DNA of 64,000 nt from an uncultured Bacilli bacterium (GTDB lineage Bacteria; Bacillota_I; Bacilli_A; RF39; UBA660): NCBI GenBank assembly GCA_947626595.1, contig CANQST010000001.1:1076-65075 (forward strand). The letters run 5' to 3'. Every line of letters starts with the position of its first letter. The stretch's first letter is position 1. The position numbers and the translations under genes were made by a program. Shown here piece by piece: positions 38,111-48,889 of this stretch. The notes below the pieces were generated by a model, which did no database searches, was not told where the DNA came from, and was given only the letters and a program-made list of their open reading frames with translations.

Positions 38111-40264
38111 ATGAATGAATTAATTATAGAAGAAATTGCTAAGGATTTAAATATTACAACTAAACAGGTAAGTGTTGTTTTAACTTTACTTAGTGATGGT
38201 AATACTATTCCTTTTATTGCGAGATATCGTAAGGAAGCAACAGGTGCTTTAAGTGAAGAAGAAATTAAAGCTATTAATGAAGTATATATTTATCAAGAAA
38301 ACTTACTTAAAAGAAAAGAAGATGTTATTAGATTAATTGAAGAGAAGGGACTTCTTACGGAAGAGTTAAAAAATTCTATTTTAAATTGTAAGAAGTTAGT
38401 TGAAGTAGAAGATTTGTATAGGCCTTATAAGGAAAAGAAGAAGACAAAAGCAACTGAAGCTATAGCTTTAGGTTTAGAAGGGCTTGCTAAAATGATTATG
38501 GCTTTTCCAATGGATGGAGATATTAATGATTTAGCAAGTCGTTTTGCTAAGAATGATTTAAGTGTTTCTAAATGTATAGAGGGCGCTAAATATATTATTG
38601 CGGAGTGGATAAGTGATAATGCTAGTTATCGTAAATGGATAAGAAGTTATTTTTATAAGAATGGAGTTATTGTTACTAAAGTTAAGAAGAATAATCCTGA
38701 TAGTAAAAAAGTATATGAGATGTATTATGATTATATGGAAGCTGTTAAGAGTATAAAGCCCCATCGTATTTTAGCGATTAATCGTGCTGAAAATGAGAAA
38801 GTTATTACGGTTAATATTGATGTAAGTAAGGAAGATGTTATTAATTACTTGGAAAGAAAAATTATTAAGAATGATAAAAGTTTTGTTGTATCATATGTAA
38901 AGGATGCAATAGAAGATGCTTATAAGAGATTAATTGAGCCATCAATTGAAAGAGAAGTTAGAAGTGAATTAACTGAAGTAGGAATTGATGCTGCTATTAA
39001 GAATTTTGGAGATAATTTGGAGGCTTTACTTTTAACGCCACCTATTAAAGAGAAAGTTGTTTTGGGCTTTGATCCAGGATTTGTTAATGGATGTAAGTTA
39101 GCTGTTGTTGATAAAAATGGCAAGTATTTAAATTCATGTGTTATTAAGCCTTTTTTAAATAATATTAAAGATAGTGATGTTAAAAAGTGTAAGGAAATAG
39201 TAGTTGATTTAATAAAAAAATATAATGTCGATGTTATTGCGATAGGAAATGGTACAGCTTCACGTGAGTCAGAGAAGTTTTGTAGTGATATTATAAATGA
39301 ATATAATCTTTCTTGTAAGTATGTGATAGTTTCAGAGGCAGGAGCATCTATTTATAGTGCATCAGAAGTGGCGATAGAAGAATTTCCAGATATGGCTGTT
39401 GAAAAAAGAAGTGCAGTAAGTATTGGAAGAAGACTTCAAGACCCATTAGCTGAACTGGTTAAAATTCCACCTGAAGGAATAGGTGTTGGTCTTTATCAAC
39501 ATGATGTTCAAGGTAAGAAACTTTCACAGTCACTAGATTTTGTTGTGGAAAAGTGTGTTAATAGTGTTGGGGTTAATGTTAATACAGCTTCTGTTTCTTT
39601 ACTAAAATATGTTTCTGGTGTAACTAAAGCAGCAATTAAAAAGATAATCGATTATCGTGAAGAGCATGGGAAGATTTCTTCTAGAGAAGAGATAAGAAAG
39701 AAAAAACTTTTAACAGATAAAGCTTATGAACAAGCTATTGGCTTTTTAAGAGTAGTTGATGGAGATAATGTTTTAGATAAGACAGCTATTCACCCAGAAA
39801 GTTATGATGTTGCGTTAAAGTTATTAGAAAAAATTAATTTTAATTTAAGTGATATTGGTAGTGAAAAGCTAATTAAGGTAGTAGATACAATGGATGTTAA
39901 TAATATGGCTAAAGAGTTAGGTACAGATATTTATACTTTAGAAGATGTTATTGCATCTTTGAAAAAGCCTAATCTAGATCCAAGGGATGAGATGCCACAG
40001 CCAATTTTAAAGAGTGATGTTTTAGATATAAAAGATTTAACTATTGGAATGAAATTACAGGGAACAGTTCGCAATGTAGTTGATTTTGGAGCTTTTATTG
40101 ATATTGGACTTCACCAGGATGGTTTAGCTCATGTATCAAAACTATCTAATAAATTTATTAAGCATCCTAGTGAAGTAGTGAGTGTTGGAGATATTGTTGA
40201 TTGTTATGTAGAAGATATTTCTTTGGAAAAAGAAAAAGTAGCTTTAAGTCTTATTCCTAGATAA
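38111..40264 (+). CDS. tex: transcription accessory protein Tex (S1-domain, YqgF/HhH)
   Basis: RBS aggag. N-terminal helix-turn-helix region, YqgF-like GFDPGFVNGCKLAVVD, HhH motifs, C-terminal S1 domain (GTVRNVVDFGAFIDIG). Confidence 0.85.
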   Translation: MNELIIEEIAKDLNITTKQVSVVLTLLSDGNTIPFIARYRKEATGALSEEEIKAINEVYIYQENLLKRKEDVIRLIEEKGLLTEELKNSILNCKKLVEVEDLYRPYKEKKKTKATEAIALGLEGLAKMIMAFPMDGDINDLASRFAKNDLSVSKCIEGAKYIIAEWISDNASYRKWIRSYFYKNGVIVTKVKKNNPDSKKVYEMYYDYMEAVKSIKPHRILAINRAENEKVITVNIDVSKEDVINYLERKIIKNDKSFVVSYVKDAIEDAYKRLIEPSIEREVRSELTEVGIDAAIKNFGDNLEALLLTPPIKEKVVLGFDPGFVNGCKLAVVDKNGKYLNSCVIKPFLNNIKDSDVKKCKEIVVDLIKKYNVDVIAIGNGTASRESEKFCSDIINEYNLSCKYVIVSEAGASIYSASEVAIEEFPDMAVEKRSAVSIGRRLQDPLAELVKIPPEGIGVGLYQHDVQGKKLSQSLDFVVEKCVNSVGVNVNTASVSLLKYVSGVTKAAIKKIIDYREEHGKISSREEIRKKKLLTDKAYEQAIGFLRVVDGDNVLDKTAIHPESYDVALKLLEKINFNLSDIGSEKLIKVVDTMDVNNMAKELGTDIYTLEDVIASLKKPNLDPRDEMPQPILKSDVLDIKDLTIGMKLQGTVRNVVDFGAFIDIGLHQDGLAHVSKLSNKFIKHPSEVVSVGDIVDCYVEDISLEKEKVALSLIPR

Positions 40265-40340
40265 AGCTTCTTTTTTCTTCAAAAATTCTTTTCTTTAATT
40301 ATAAAATATGTTATAGTAAAAACAAGTTGGGGGAGAAAGT

Positions 40341-42791
40341 ATGAATAATAAGAGTTTAACAAAAGAAGAAGATTTACGTGCTAAGGAAGTTTTAAAATTA
40401 CTAGAGGAAGTTTCTACTTTAGAAGAGGCTTTAAAGAGTAAGATTACTTTAAATGATATAAGGATTACTAGGACGTATATAATTAAAAGAATAAATTTAT
40501 TAAAGGGACAGAAGAAGAAATACTTCTATGATAGTGATTTTTATAATTATGAAAAGTGTAAAGAAAAGATTTCTTTTTATAAGAAGAAATTTGCTTTTTT
40601 AGGTAAGTTAAGAGAAGAGTATGCTGCTATTTCTAGTATTGTATCTAAAAATAGTTCTTCTATTGATAAGAAGATGTATGCTGTTAATAATATTTTGATG
40701 TTAGACTTTTTCTTTTCTAGTACTGATAAAGAATTATTTATGCATTTTTTAGAGGAAAAAGATACTCTTAAAAGAATAGATATATTAACAAAACTTAGAG
40801 AATTATATATAAATGCTACTTATCATTTATATAGAGCTAAGAAGACTAAGCAGGAAGAAATTTATAAGATTATTGCGAGAGAAAATGGTTTAGATGGAGG
40901 ACTTAAAAAGAATAGAAAAGAGTTTTCTTTATTACTACAACAAGAACGTTATAGGGAATTAAGAAAAGAATTACTTTTAGTTAAAGAACAATATAGTAAG
41001 AGTAAAAGATTTTTAGAAGAATTAGAAAGATTAATTAAGTATGAACAAAAAGATTGTGATAATCTAGTTCCAAAGAAATGTTTAGAGATAGACGATACTG
41101 ATTATGAAGAGATAATTGGTGATAAGTGTGGAAAGAACTTTATTAAGAGATTGGAAAATATTAGAGATGGTAAGTATATTAGAAAGTATGGTTTAGGGTT
41201 AGAAAAGTTTGTTCCTAATGAGGTATTGGAGGTATTTAATGAGTTAGAAAAGCTTGAGGATACTTCTAAGGAAGAGGCTTGTGTTTTAGCGATTGATGTC
41301 TTAAAGAATAAACTTCGTATTCTTAAGAAGGGATTAAATCCATATGATGATGTGGAAAGAAAATTTTTAAAGATGCTTATTAAGATGTTTGAAGATATGA
41401 GACCTTTAAAAATAGAAGAAGATGTTATAGATACAAGTGTTTATTATGATATTGTGGAGGCATTATGTCATAATGATAATAATTATTCATACATTGAAAG
41501 ATTAATTAGAGAAAATTCAAATATAAGAAATGCTAGAAAGAATAATTATCATATAATTATAAGTTTACTTGATAGTTATATTTTAAGTTCTAAGTTGAAA
41601 TTAGCAGAACAAGGTTTTAATTTTATAGAGCCAGATTTTTATAAGGAAATAATTAAGGCTTTTTATAAAAATAAAGTTATTCTTACCGAGGAAGAACAAG
41701 AAATTATTAATAGTAGATTAAGTGAATTTGAAGCTTATGTTAATGATGTTGGCAGAAAGAAATATGGCTTAGTTGGGGTTATTAATAAGAGTATAGAAGA
41801 TTTAAGGACGTGTGGATTTCAACAGGTAAAAAGTGATGTTGATAATGATAAGCTAGTACAAGAGATTAGTTTGTTAGATTTTAATAAGGAAAGAGTAATT
41901 AATAATTATATGCATAAATATTCTTTTTATAAAGATGGCTCTAACAGCAGAGTATTTATGATAGATGGTATTGATAATTGTTGCTTTTCTATTAATTATG
42001 AGGATTATAGGGATGTTGTTTTTGGAGTACATTTTCTAGATACTAGTAAATTAGTAGAAGAAGATAGTGAAATAGTAAAGGCTGCAATGGAAGGAAGAAA
42101 TGTACTTCCTAAGATGGAAAAGGGAATAAATCCGGTTATGAGTTTTACTTGTCATTTCTTAGATTATAAGCATTTTTCAGAGTGGAGAATAGAACCAGGA
42201 ATTGTTTATGTTGATAAAGTTTATAATAGTTTTGATATAGATAGATATAGGGAAGATGAGACTTTAAAGAATATGTATATTTTCCTAAATAATTTTAAAG
42301 ATATAGAAAATAAAGAGAGTATCTATTCAACTTCAGGTGTAAAAGATGTTGTTTTTAAAGATATATCTAATTATTTAAAAAAGAAATTTAGGGATTATAA
42401 ATTGCCATTTATTTATGAAAAAACACAAGAAGAAGCAGAAGATATAATTAGAGTAAATCATAATTCTATATGTGATAAGTTAAGTAAAATTCCTAAGAAG
42501 GAAGCTCATAGAATATTTGCGGTTATAGACGAAGAAATGGATAAGTATTATGTTCCAAGAGGAGATAGAAAAGTTGATGTTTCTTTAGATACTAGTACTT
42601 TCTTAGGTTATTATTTAATGAATATTTTAGGAAAAATTCAAAAGAATAAGTATGATATTGATAAAGAAAGTGAAAATTTAAAAAATTATTTGGAAAAATT
42701 AAATGGTAGACGAGCTTACCTACCAGTAGGAATTATTAAAAATAATGAAAAGAAAATTAGGAGAATGGTTAGAGATTATAAGAAAAAGTAG
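40341..42791 (+). CDS. large hypothetical cytoplasmic protein; C-terminal half with degenerate RNB (RNase II/R)-like motifs
   Basis: 816 aa. VFMIDGIDNCCFSIN…GVHFLDTSKLV resembles RNB motifs (TIDG..A.D.DDA.S / VHIADVSHYV) but lacks the catalytic Asp cluster. Confidence 0.5.
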   Translation: MNNKSLTKEEDLRAKEVLKLLEEVSTLEEALKSKITLNDIRITRTYIIKRINLLKGQKKKYFYDSDFYNYEKCKEKISFYKKKFAFLGKLREEYAAISSIVSKNSSSIDKKMYAVNNILMLDFFFSSTDKELFMHFLEEKDTLKRIDILTKLRELYINATYHLYRAKKTKQEEIYKIIARENGLDGGLKKNRKEFSLLLQQERYRELRKELLLVKEQYSKSKRFLEELERLIKYEQKDCDNLVPKKCLEIDDTDYEEIIGDKCGKNFIKRLENIRDGKYIRKYGLGLEKFVPNEVLEVFNELEKLEDTSKEEACVLAIDVLKNKLRILKKGLNPYDDVERKFLKMLIKMFEDMRPLKIEEDVIDTSVYYDIVEALCHNDNNYSYIERLIRENSNIRNARKNNYHIIISLLDSYILSSKLKLAEQGFNFIEPDFYKEIIKAFYKNKVILTEEEQEIINSRLSEFEAYVNDVGRKKYGLVGVINKSIEDLRTCGFQQVKSDVDNDKLVQEISLLDFNKERVINNYMHKYSFYKDGSNSRVFMIDGIDNCCFSINYEDYRDVVFGVHFLDTSKLVEEDSEIVKAAMEGRNVLPKMEKGINPVMSFTCHFLDYKHFSEWRIEPGIVYVDKVYNSFDIDRYREDETLKNMYIFLNNFKDIENKESIYSTSGVKDVVFKDISNYLKKKFRDYKLPFIYEKTQEEAEDIIRVNHNSICDKLSKIPKKEAHRIFAVIDEEMDKYYVPRGDRKVDVSLDTSTFLGYYLMNILGKIQKNKYDIDKESENLKNYLEKLNGRRAYLPVGIIKNNEKKIRRMVRDYKKK

Positions 42792-42922
42792 GTAGTAAAT
42801 AAGAGGCTATTTAGAAACTAGATTATTGGTTTCTTGATAGTTTTTTATTTTGTCAATTTACAGTAAAGTATTTTACATATAGAAGTATTTTTGCTATAAT
42901 AGTTTACTAGTTAGGAGATATT

Positions 42923-43717
42923 ATGGAAGTACTTAGTAAAATCAGTGATATTGGAAGTGTGAGGCCAACTAATGAAGATGCTTGCTTGTATTTAGTTCAC
43001 CCTAAAAATAAGAATTATAAGTTACTGGCAGTGGCAGATGGTATGGGTGGAAAGGCTTATGGTGAGGTTGCTTCTAATTATACAATAGAAAAACTTGAGA
43101 AATGGTTTTTACGAAGAGATATAAAGAGTTTTAATGATAGTAAAAAATTAGTTTTGTCAATTACTAGGCTGATTAAGAGAATAAATAATGAGTTAATTTC
43201 TTTGTATGGGGAAAATATAATGGGAACAACTTTGTCTATGGCTTTGATAACTAGGAAAAATACGCTTATATTTAATGTTGGTGACTCTAGATGTTATATT
43301 TATAAAGAAAATAAGTTATATCAAGTAACGGAAGACGATTCTGATGTTTGGATGTATTATAAGTATGGTAATGTAAACAAGGAAGATTTAAGGTACTTCG
43401 CCATGAGTAATTTGATAAATGCTTGCATTGGATTAAATAATAATTTGTGTAAAGTTAGTAGTAAAGTAATTGCGAATGATTATGAGATGGTTTTACTACT
43501 TACTGATGGGGTTACTGATTTACTTACGGATAGAAAGATTAGTAGAATTATAAGGAAGTATCCTAAGGAAGAGATATTACCAAAACTTATTAATGAAGCT
43601 ATTAATGTTGATCAAAAATTATCAGTACCTTTACGATTAAAAAGAAAATATTTGGCTAATTTTGTTGTACCTTTTAGTGGAAGAGATAATGCTAGTGGGG
43701 TAATTTATGCTAAATAG
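42923..43717 (+). CDS. PP2C-family Ser/Thr protein phosphatase
   Basis: LLAVADGMGG metal-binding motif, LLLTDGVTD motif. Confidence 0.8.
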   Translation: MEVLSKISDIGSVRPTNEDACLYLVHPKNKNYKLLAVADGMGGKAYGEVASNYTIEKLEKWFLRRDIKSFNDSKKLVLSITRLIKRINNELISLYGENIMGTTLSMALITRKNTLIFNVGDSRCYIYKENKLYQVTEDDSDVWMYYKYGNVNKEDLRYFAMSNLINACIGLNNNLCKVSSKVIANDYEMVLLLTDGVTDLLTDRKISRIIRKYPKEEILPKLINEAINVDQKLSVPLRLKRKYLANFVVPFSGRDNASGVIYAK

Positions 43718-43837
43718 TTGTGCTAAATGCACAATGAAAATGCTGCTAAACGCACAACAAAAACCGTGCTAATTGCACAACAGGTATTGCCATAATTCCT
43801 TTTTTTTTGTAAAATATACTTGAGGAGGCAGTATATT

Positions 43838-45121
43838 ATGGCTTTAACTAAGAAAAATTATCGTGAAAGATTAATTGATAGTGAGATAAGTGAATTACTT
43901 AAAATGTTTGGTGCAATAAGTATAGAAGGACCGAAATATTGTGGAAAGACTTGGACAGCTTCTAATCATGCTAATTCTTCAGTATTACTATCTAAATCTA
44001 GTAATCCTAATTCTGATTATCAGAAAGCTTTAATAAATCGAGAATTAATATATACTGATATTTTTCCACAGCTTATAGACGAATGGCAGTCTATTGCGGA
44101 AATTTGGGATGATGTTAGGACAAAGTGTGACGAAGATGGTAAAAAAGGTAAGTTTATATTGACTGGTTCTTCAGTTCCAGCTAGACCTGAAGATATTTTT
44201 CACTCAGGAGCTGGAAGAATTTATAAACTAAATATGTATACTATGTCTTTATATGAGTCTTTGGACTCTGAGGGTGTGGTATCACTTAGTGATTTATTTG
44301 AAAATAAAGATATTGCGGTTAATTTAAAAAATAAACCAACAATTGAAAAATTGGCGGATTTAATTATTCGTGGAGGTTGGCCTGCTAGTTTAGATTATGA
44401 GGCGAAAAACTATTATCGTCTACCAGAAAGTTATATTACTGATGTATTGGACCATGATATAAATTATGATAATGTTACACGTGATAAAGAAAAAATGTTA
44501 ATGTTACTTAGATCATTAGCGAGAAACGAGTCAACACTTGTTACTAATGAGAAACTTATAAATGATATTGAAGATTATACAACAGAAGAAAATTATCAAA
44601 TAAGTAGAAATACTTTGGCTGATTATTTAACTGTTTTAAAAAATATTCATTTAATACAAGACCAGTTACCCTTTTCTACTAAAATTCGTTCAAGTGTAAG
44701 AGTTGGTAAAAGTGCTAAAAGACATTTTTCTGATCCATCACTAGCTTGCTCTGTTTTGGGCTTAAGACAGGAACAATTAATAAATGATTTAGAATTGTTT
44801 GGCTTTATGTTTGAAGCGTTAGTTGTTAGAGATTTAAGAATATATATTGAGCATTTGGGTGGACATATTTATCATTTCCATGATAATAATACTGGTGAAG
44901 AGGTTGATGCTATTGTTGAACTAAGAGATGGAACTTATGGCGCTATTGAAATTAAATTGGGCGTAGGTAAGATAGAAGAAGCTGCTAATAACTTGCTAAA
45001 ATTTTCAAAAAGTTGTGAAGTACCTCCTAAATTTTTATGCGTAATAAGTGGTATGATAGATTATGCTTATAAAAGAAAAGATGGAATTTATGTTGTTCCT
45101 ATAACTGCTTTAAAACCATAA
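43838..45121 (+). CDS. AAA+ ATPase with C-terminal DUF4143-type domain
   Basis: RBS gaggagg. Walker A GPKYCGKT, Walker B-like FILTGSS. Archaeal-ATPase-like architecture. Confidence 0.7.
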   Translation: MALTKKNYRERLIDSEISELLKMFGAISIEGPKYCGKTWTASNHANSSVLLSKSSNPNSDYQKALINRELIYTDIFPQLIDEWQSIAEIWDDVRTKCDEDGKKGKFILTGSSVPARPEDIFHSGAGRIYKLNMYTMSLYESLDSEGVVSLSDLFENKDIAVNLKNKPTIEKLADLIIRGGWPASLDYEAKNYYRLPESYITDVLDHDINYDNVTRDKEKMLMLLRSLARNESTLVTNEKLINDIEDYTTEENYQISRNTLADYLTVLKNIHLIQDQLPFSTKIRSSVRVGKSAKRHFSDPSLACSVLGLRQEQLINDLELFGFMFEALVVRDLRIYIEHLGGHIYHFHDNNTGEEVDAIVELRDGTYGAIEIKLGVGKIEEAANNLLKFSKSCEVPPKFLCVISGMIDYAYKRKDGIYVVPITALKP

Positions 45122-45184
45122 AATAAAAAAATATAGTATAAATTGTTCATTTCTTCTCATTATATTAATGGGAGGAATAAAATT

Positions 45185-45829
45185 ATGAAAAAATTATTTG
45201 TAGTATTAATTGGTCTTTTAGCTTTTACAGGATGTTCTACGAATATGAATACACCTACAGCGAAAGTAGAGGAATTTTTAGGTAAGTATCAAAAGATGGA
45301 TGACGAGGTGCTAGAACAGCTAGATAATACTTTAGAGCAAGATACTAGTATGAGTGATGTGCAAAAGAAAGAGTATCGAATGCTTCTAGAAAAGCAATAT
45401 CAAAATTTATCTTATAAAATAAAAAACGAAGATATAAAAGACGATACTGCGACAGTTGATGTTGAAATAGAAGTATATGACTATGCTACTTCAATTAGAA
45501 AATCTAGAGAATATTACAAAGAACATAAAGACGAATTTGAAAAAGAAAAAGAAACTATTAATGAAGAAGGTATTTTAGACAATGATGGGTCTAATACCAC
45601 TGATAAAGAAGATAATAATGCTGATAAAGATAATACAGACGAAGCTAGTAATGGTTTAATTGATACGATTAGTGAATTTATTGATTATAAAATTGACCAA
45701 TTAAAAAATGTTACAGAAAAAGTTAAATATGAGATAACTTTTAATCTTACTAAGGAAGATAATAAGTGGAAAATTGAAGATATAAGTGATATTGATATAG
45801 AAAAAATTCATGGACTTTACGAAGAATAG
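45185..45829 (+). CDS. lipoprotein, unknown function
   Basis: RBS gggagg. Signal with lipobox LLAFTGCS. Acidic, D/E/K-rich mature protein. Confidence 0.65.
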   Translation: MKKLFVVLIGLLAFTGCSTNMNTPTAKVEEFLGKYQKMDDEVLEQLDNTLEQDTSMSDVQKKEYRMLLEKQYQNLSYKIKNEDIKDDTATVDVEIEVYDYATSIRKSREYYKEHKDEFEKEKETINEEGILDNDGSNTTDKEDNNADKDNTDEASNGLIDTISEFIDYKIDQLKNVTEKVKYEITFNLTKEDNKWKIEDISDIDIEKIHGLYEE

Positions 45830-45916
45830 TTAAAAAAGATATAAATATGGAAAAAGAAACTTTCATTTTCCATATTTTTTTGGTATACTGTAAAGTAGGA
45901 ATAGAGGGTGTTTAAA

Positions 45917-47872
45917 ATGCTAGGAACAATTAAGGAAATAATTGATAATACGGTTATTATTAAGCTTAGTATTGATATTAACGAACAGCCTAATCTTATT
46001 AATATTCATGTTGTTTTTGACGATGGTTCTCATAGAAAAGTAGTTGGAGAGATTGCGAATGTTAATCAACATGAAATGGTTGTTAATATAGTAGGAGAAA
46101 TTGATAATAATAGTTTTATACCTGGTTCTAGTTCTAAACCGTCTTTTAAATCAAATATTAGAATAATTGATGCTAGCGAGTTACAGTTATTACTTGGACC
46201 TCAAGAAGTAGGAGAGGGTAAGACTAATTTTGGAACTAGTAATGTTTATGAGGGATATAAGATAAATATTGAAGTAAATGATTTTTTTAATACGCATTTT
46301 GCTATACTAGGAAATAGTGGTGCTGGTAAAAGTTGTACGGTTGCATCTATTTTGCAAAAATTGTTTACTAGTAGTAAGACACCACCAATTAATTCTAATC
46401 TTTTCTTTTTTGATGCTTATGGTGAATATACGAATGCTTTTAGTAAATTACATGAGGTAAATCCTTTATTAAATTATAAAACTTATACTACTAATACTGT
46501 TGATCCAGAATGTGATATATTAAGAATACCACCATGGTTACTTGATGTTGACGATTTGGCTTTATTATTAGATGTTACTACACCATCACAAATTCCAATG
46601 ATTGAAAAGACCCTTAAATTAGTTCCTATTTTGACTGGTAGTAGTGAGAATGTTATTAAAAGAAAAAATGATATAATTGCTAGGGCATTACAAGATATTC
46701 TTTTATCAGGAAATGACTCCACGAAGATAAGGGACCAAGTAATAGGTGTTTTAACAAAATTTAATACACCAACTTTAAACTTAGAGACGCAAATAGTTCA
46801 ACCTGGTTATACAAGAACTTTTAAACAATGTTTATTTGTTGATAAAAGTGGTAAGATGCAAGAGATGGAATTAGTCGTAGAATTTGTTAGAGGCTATATT
46901 CTAGAAGTAACAGAAGAAATTCCACAGGATGAGTTAAATCCTTATTATACTTTGACTGATTTGGAGTCTGCTATGGAGTTTGCTTTAATTAGTGAAGGTA
47001 TTTTAAAGAGTGATAAAGTTTTTGATTATGCTAATATTATAAGCGTTAGACTACATACTTTAGCAACAGGAGATTATAAGTCATATTTTGAATATCCTAC
47101 TTTTGTTAATAGAGACCAGTATATTGAAGATTTAATGACTAATGAAAATAATCAGAAGTGTCAAATAGTTAATTTTAATATCAATTATATTGATGACCGT
47201 TTAGCTAAAGTATTTACTAAAATATTATCACGAATGCTTTTTTTGAAATCTAGTACGACTAAGCCTCGTGGTAGTAGAGCATTTCATATAATAATAGAAG
47301 AGGCCCATCGTTATGTTCAACATGATAGTGATGTAGAGATACTTGGTTATAATATCTTTGAAAGAATTACTAAAGAGGGACGTAAATATGGAACTTTCTT
47401 AGCTCTTATTACGCAAAGACCTAGTGAGTTGTCTGATACTTGTATTTCACAATGTGCTAATTTTATTGTTTTAAGAACATTACATCCAGTTGATTTAAAT
47501 TATATAAAAGAGATGGTACCTAATGTTACTTCAGAAGTTGTATTGCAATTAAAGAACTTAAAACCAGGTAACTGTATTGCCTTTGGTTCAGCTTTTAAAG
47601 TACCTATTCCAATGTATATTGATTTGCCTAATCCAAGACCTTTGAGTAATAATGTTGATTTAAATACGGTTTGGTATAGACAAATATCTTCACCGGGAGC
47701 AAGAGAAATATTACCAGGAGTTAATCCTAATTTAGCACCTAGTCCTGTTAGTCAAATGCCAGTTGCTCCTCAAGCAGCAGTACAGGGACAAGTTCAAGCT
47801 TTGCCGGTACAACAACAAATGGCATATGCTCAGGCACAAGCTCAAGCTCAGCCTGGACAAGTAGCAGCATAA
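45917..47872 (+). CDS. HerA/FtsK-superfamily ATPase with N-terminal HAS-barrel and Q/A-rich C-terminal tail
   Basis: N-terminal HAS-barrel-like region. Walker A GNSGAGKS, Walker B HIIIEEAHRYV, LITQRPSEL (HerA-type motif). C-terminus PQAAVQGQVQALPVQQQMAYAQAQAQAQPGQVAA. Confidence 0.7.
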   Translation: MLGTIKEIIDNTVIIKLSIDINEQPNLINIHVVFDDGSHRKVVGEIANVNQHEMVVNIVGEIDNNSFIPGSSSKPSFKSNIRIIDASELQLLLGPQEVGEGKTNFGTSNVYEGYKINIEVNDFFNTHFAILGNSGAGKSCTVASILQKLFTSSKTPPINSNLFFFDAYGEYTNAFSKLHEVNPLLNYKTYTTNTVDPECDILRIPPWLLDVDDLALLLDVTTPSQIPMIEKTLKLVPILTGSSENVIKRKNDIIARALQDILLSGNDSTKIRDQVIGVLTKFNTPTLNLETQIVQPGYTRTFKQCLFVDKSGKMQEMELVVEFVRGYILEVTEEIPQDELNPYYTLTDLESAMEFALISEGILKSDKVFDYANIISVRLHTLATGDYKSYFEYPTFVNRDQYIEDLMTNENNQKCQIVNFNINYIDDRLAKVFTKILSRMLFLKSSTTKPRGSRAFHIIIEEAHRYVQHDSDVEILGYNIFERITKEGRKYGTFLALITQRPSELSDTCISQCANFIVLRTLHPVDLNYIKEMVPNVTSEVVLQLKNLKPGNCIAFGSAFKVPIPMYIDLPNPRPLSNNVDLNTVWYRQISSPGAREILPGVNPNLAPSPVSQMPVAPQAAVQGQVQALPVQQQMAYAQAQAQAQPGQVAA

Positions 47873-47980
47873 ATCGATAAAAATAGTGGTTTAGAAGAGA
47901 AAAATGAAATTTAATCTTTTTCTTTTCACACTTTTATGGTAAAATTAGTTATAGTTAGAAAATAGTTTGGAGGTAAAATT

Positions 47981-48421
47981 ATGGCTTTAGATAAATTAAA
48001 AGGTTTATTTGGCGGAGAAGATAATGACGAAAAAGAAGTATCACCAGATGAAGAGTATTATACAACTTCAAGAGAAGAATTTCATACTACTAATGGAGAT
48101 GCTGAAAGCAAAATGATGCTTTTAGAGCCTCGTGCTTATTCTGAAAGTCAACAGATTGCTGATTACTTAAAGAGTCGTAGTGCAGTAGTTGTTAATTTAA
48201 AGAGAGTAACCCCTGATGTTGCGAAAAGAATAGTTGACTTTTTGTATGGTTGCATTTATGCTATAGGTGGTGATTTGCAAAAACTAGGTGGAGGCATTTT
48301 CTTATGTACGCCAAACAATGTTAATGTTGAGGGAAAAATTAGTGAAGATACAACTACCCAAGGAAAGCAAAGTCGCAACAAGAAAGAAAAAACGACAGAA
48401 GAAGAGGAAGATTTCTTTTAA
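47981..48421 (+). CDS. sepF: cell division protein SepF
   Basis: DUF552 core: …[32 protein letters not shown]…FLCTPNNV. Confidence 0.8.
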   Translation: MALDKLKGLFGGEDNDEKEVSPDEEYYTTSREEFHTTNGDAESKMMLLEPRAYSESQQIADYLKSRSAVVVNLKRVTPDVAKRIVDFLYGCIYAIGGDLQKLGGGIFLCTPNNVNVEGKISEDTTTQGKQSRNKKEKTTEEEEDFF

Positions 48422-48446
48422 AATAGCCGTTTCCTGAGGTGATTAT

Positions 48447-48884
48447 ATGGAAAAATTTAGTTATGAGGCTAATGGATATAATCGAGCTCAAGTTAATCAG
48501 TTTGTAAGTGATGTAATTAAAGAGACAGAGGGTATTGTTACTAAATGTCGAGAACAAAGAAATGATATAGAGAAGTTAAAAGCTGAACTTGAACATTATA
48601 GGAATTTAGAGAGAACTCTGAATTTAGCGATTATTAAGGCAGAAGAGACAGCTGATAATATTAAAAGAGTAGCAAGAGAAGAGTCTGAAATGATAGTGAC
48701 GGATGCTAAACATAATGCTTCTCGAATTGTAAATGAGGCTCTTTTAAAGGCTGAAAAGATACAAGCCAATACTGATACCTTAGAACAGAATATGAAAATT
48801 TTTAAGAGAAAATTGAAACTTATTATAGAACAGCAACTTGCTGTAGTTGACGAAATAGAAGTTTTAGAATTAGACCCAAAATAA
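48447..48884 (+). CDS. DivIVA-domain protein (GpsB/DivIVA-like)
   Basis: N-terminal DivIVA lipid-binding domain (FSYEANGYNRAQVNQF), coiled-coil C-terminus. Confidence 0.7.
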   Translation: MEKFSYEANGYNRAQVNQFVSDVIKETEGIVTKCREQRNDIEKLKAELEHYRNLERTLNLAIIKAEETADNIKRVAREESEMIVTDAKHNASRIVNEALLKAEKIQANTDTLEQNMKIFKRKLKLIIEQQLAVVDEIEVLELDPK

Positions 48885-48889
48885 AAAGA

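Noticed and set aside
38558-39123. Antisense ORFs inside tex (38558-38764, 38920-39123)
   Set aside because: They are embedded in a conserved gene.
46483-46722. 79-aa antisense ORF inside the HerA-like gene
   Set aside because: It is embedded antisense, with no RBS.
48354-48557. 67-aa minus-strand ORF across the sepF/DivIVA junction
   Set aside because: It overlaps two conserved plus-strand genes.
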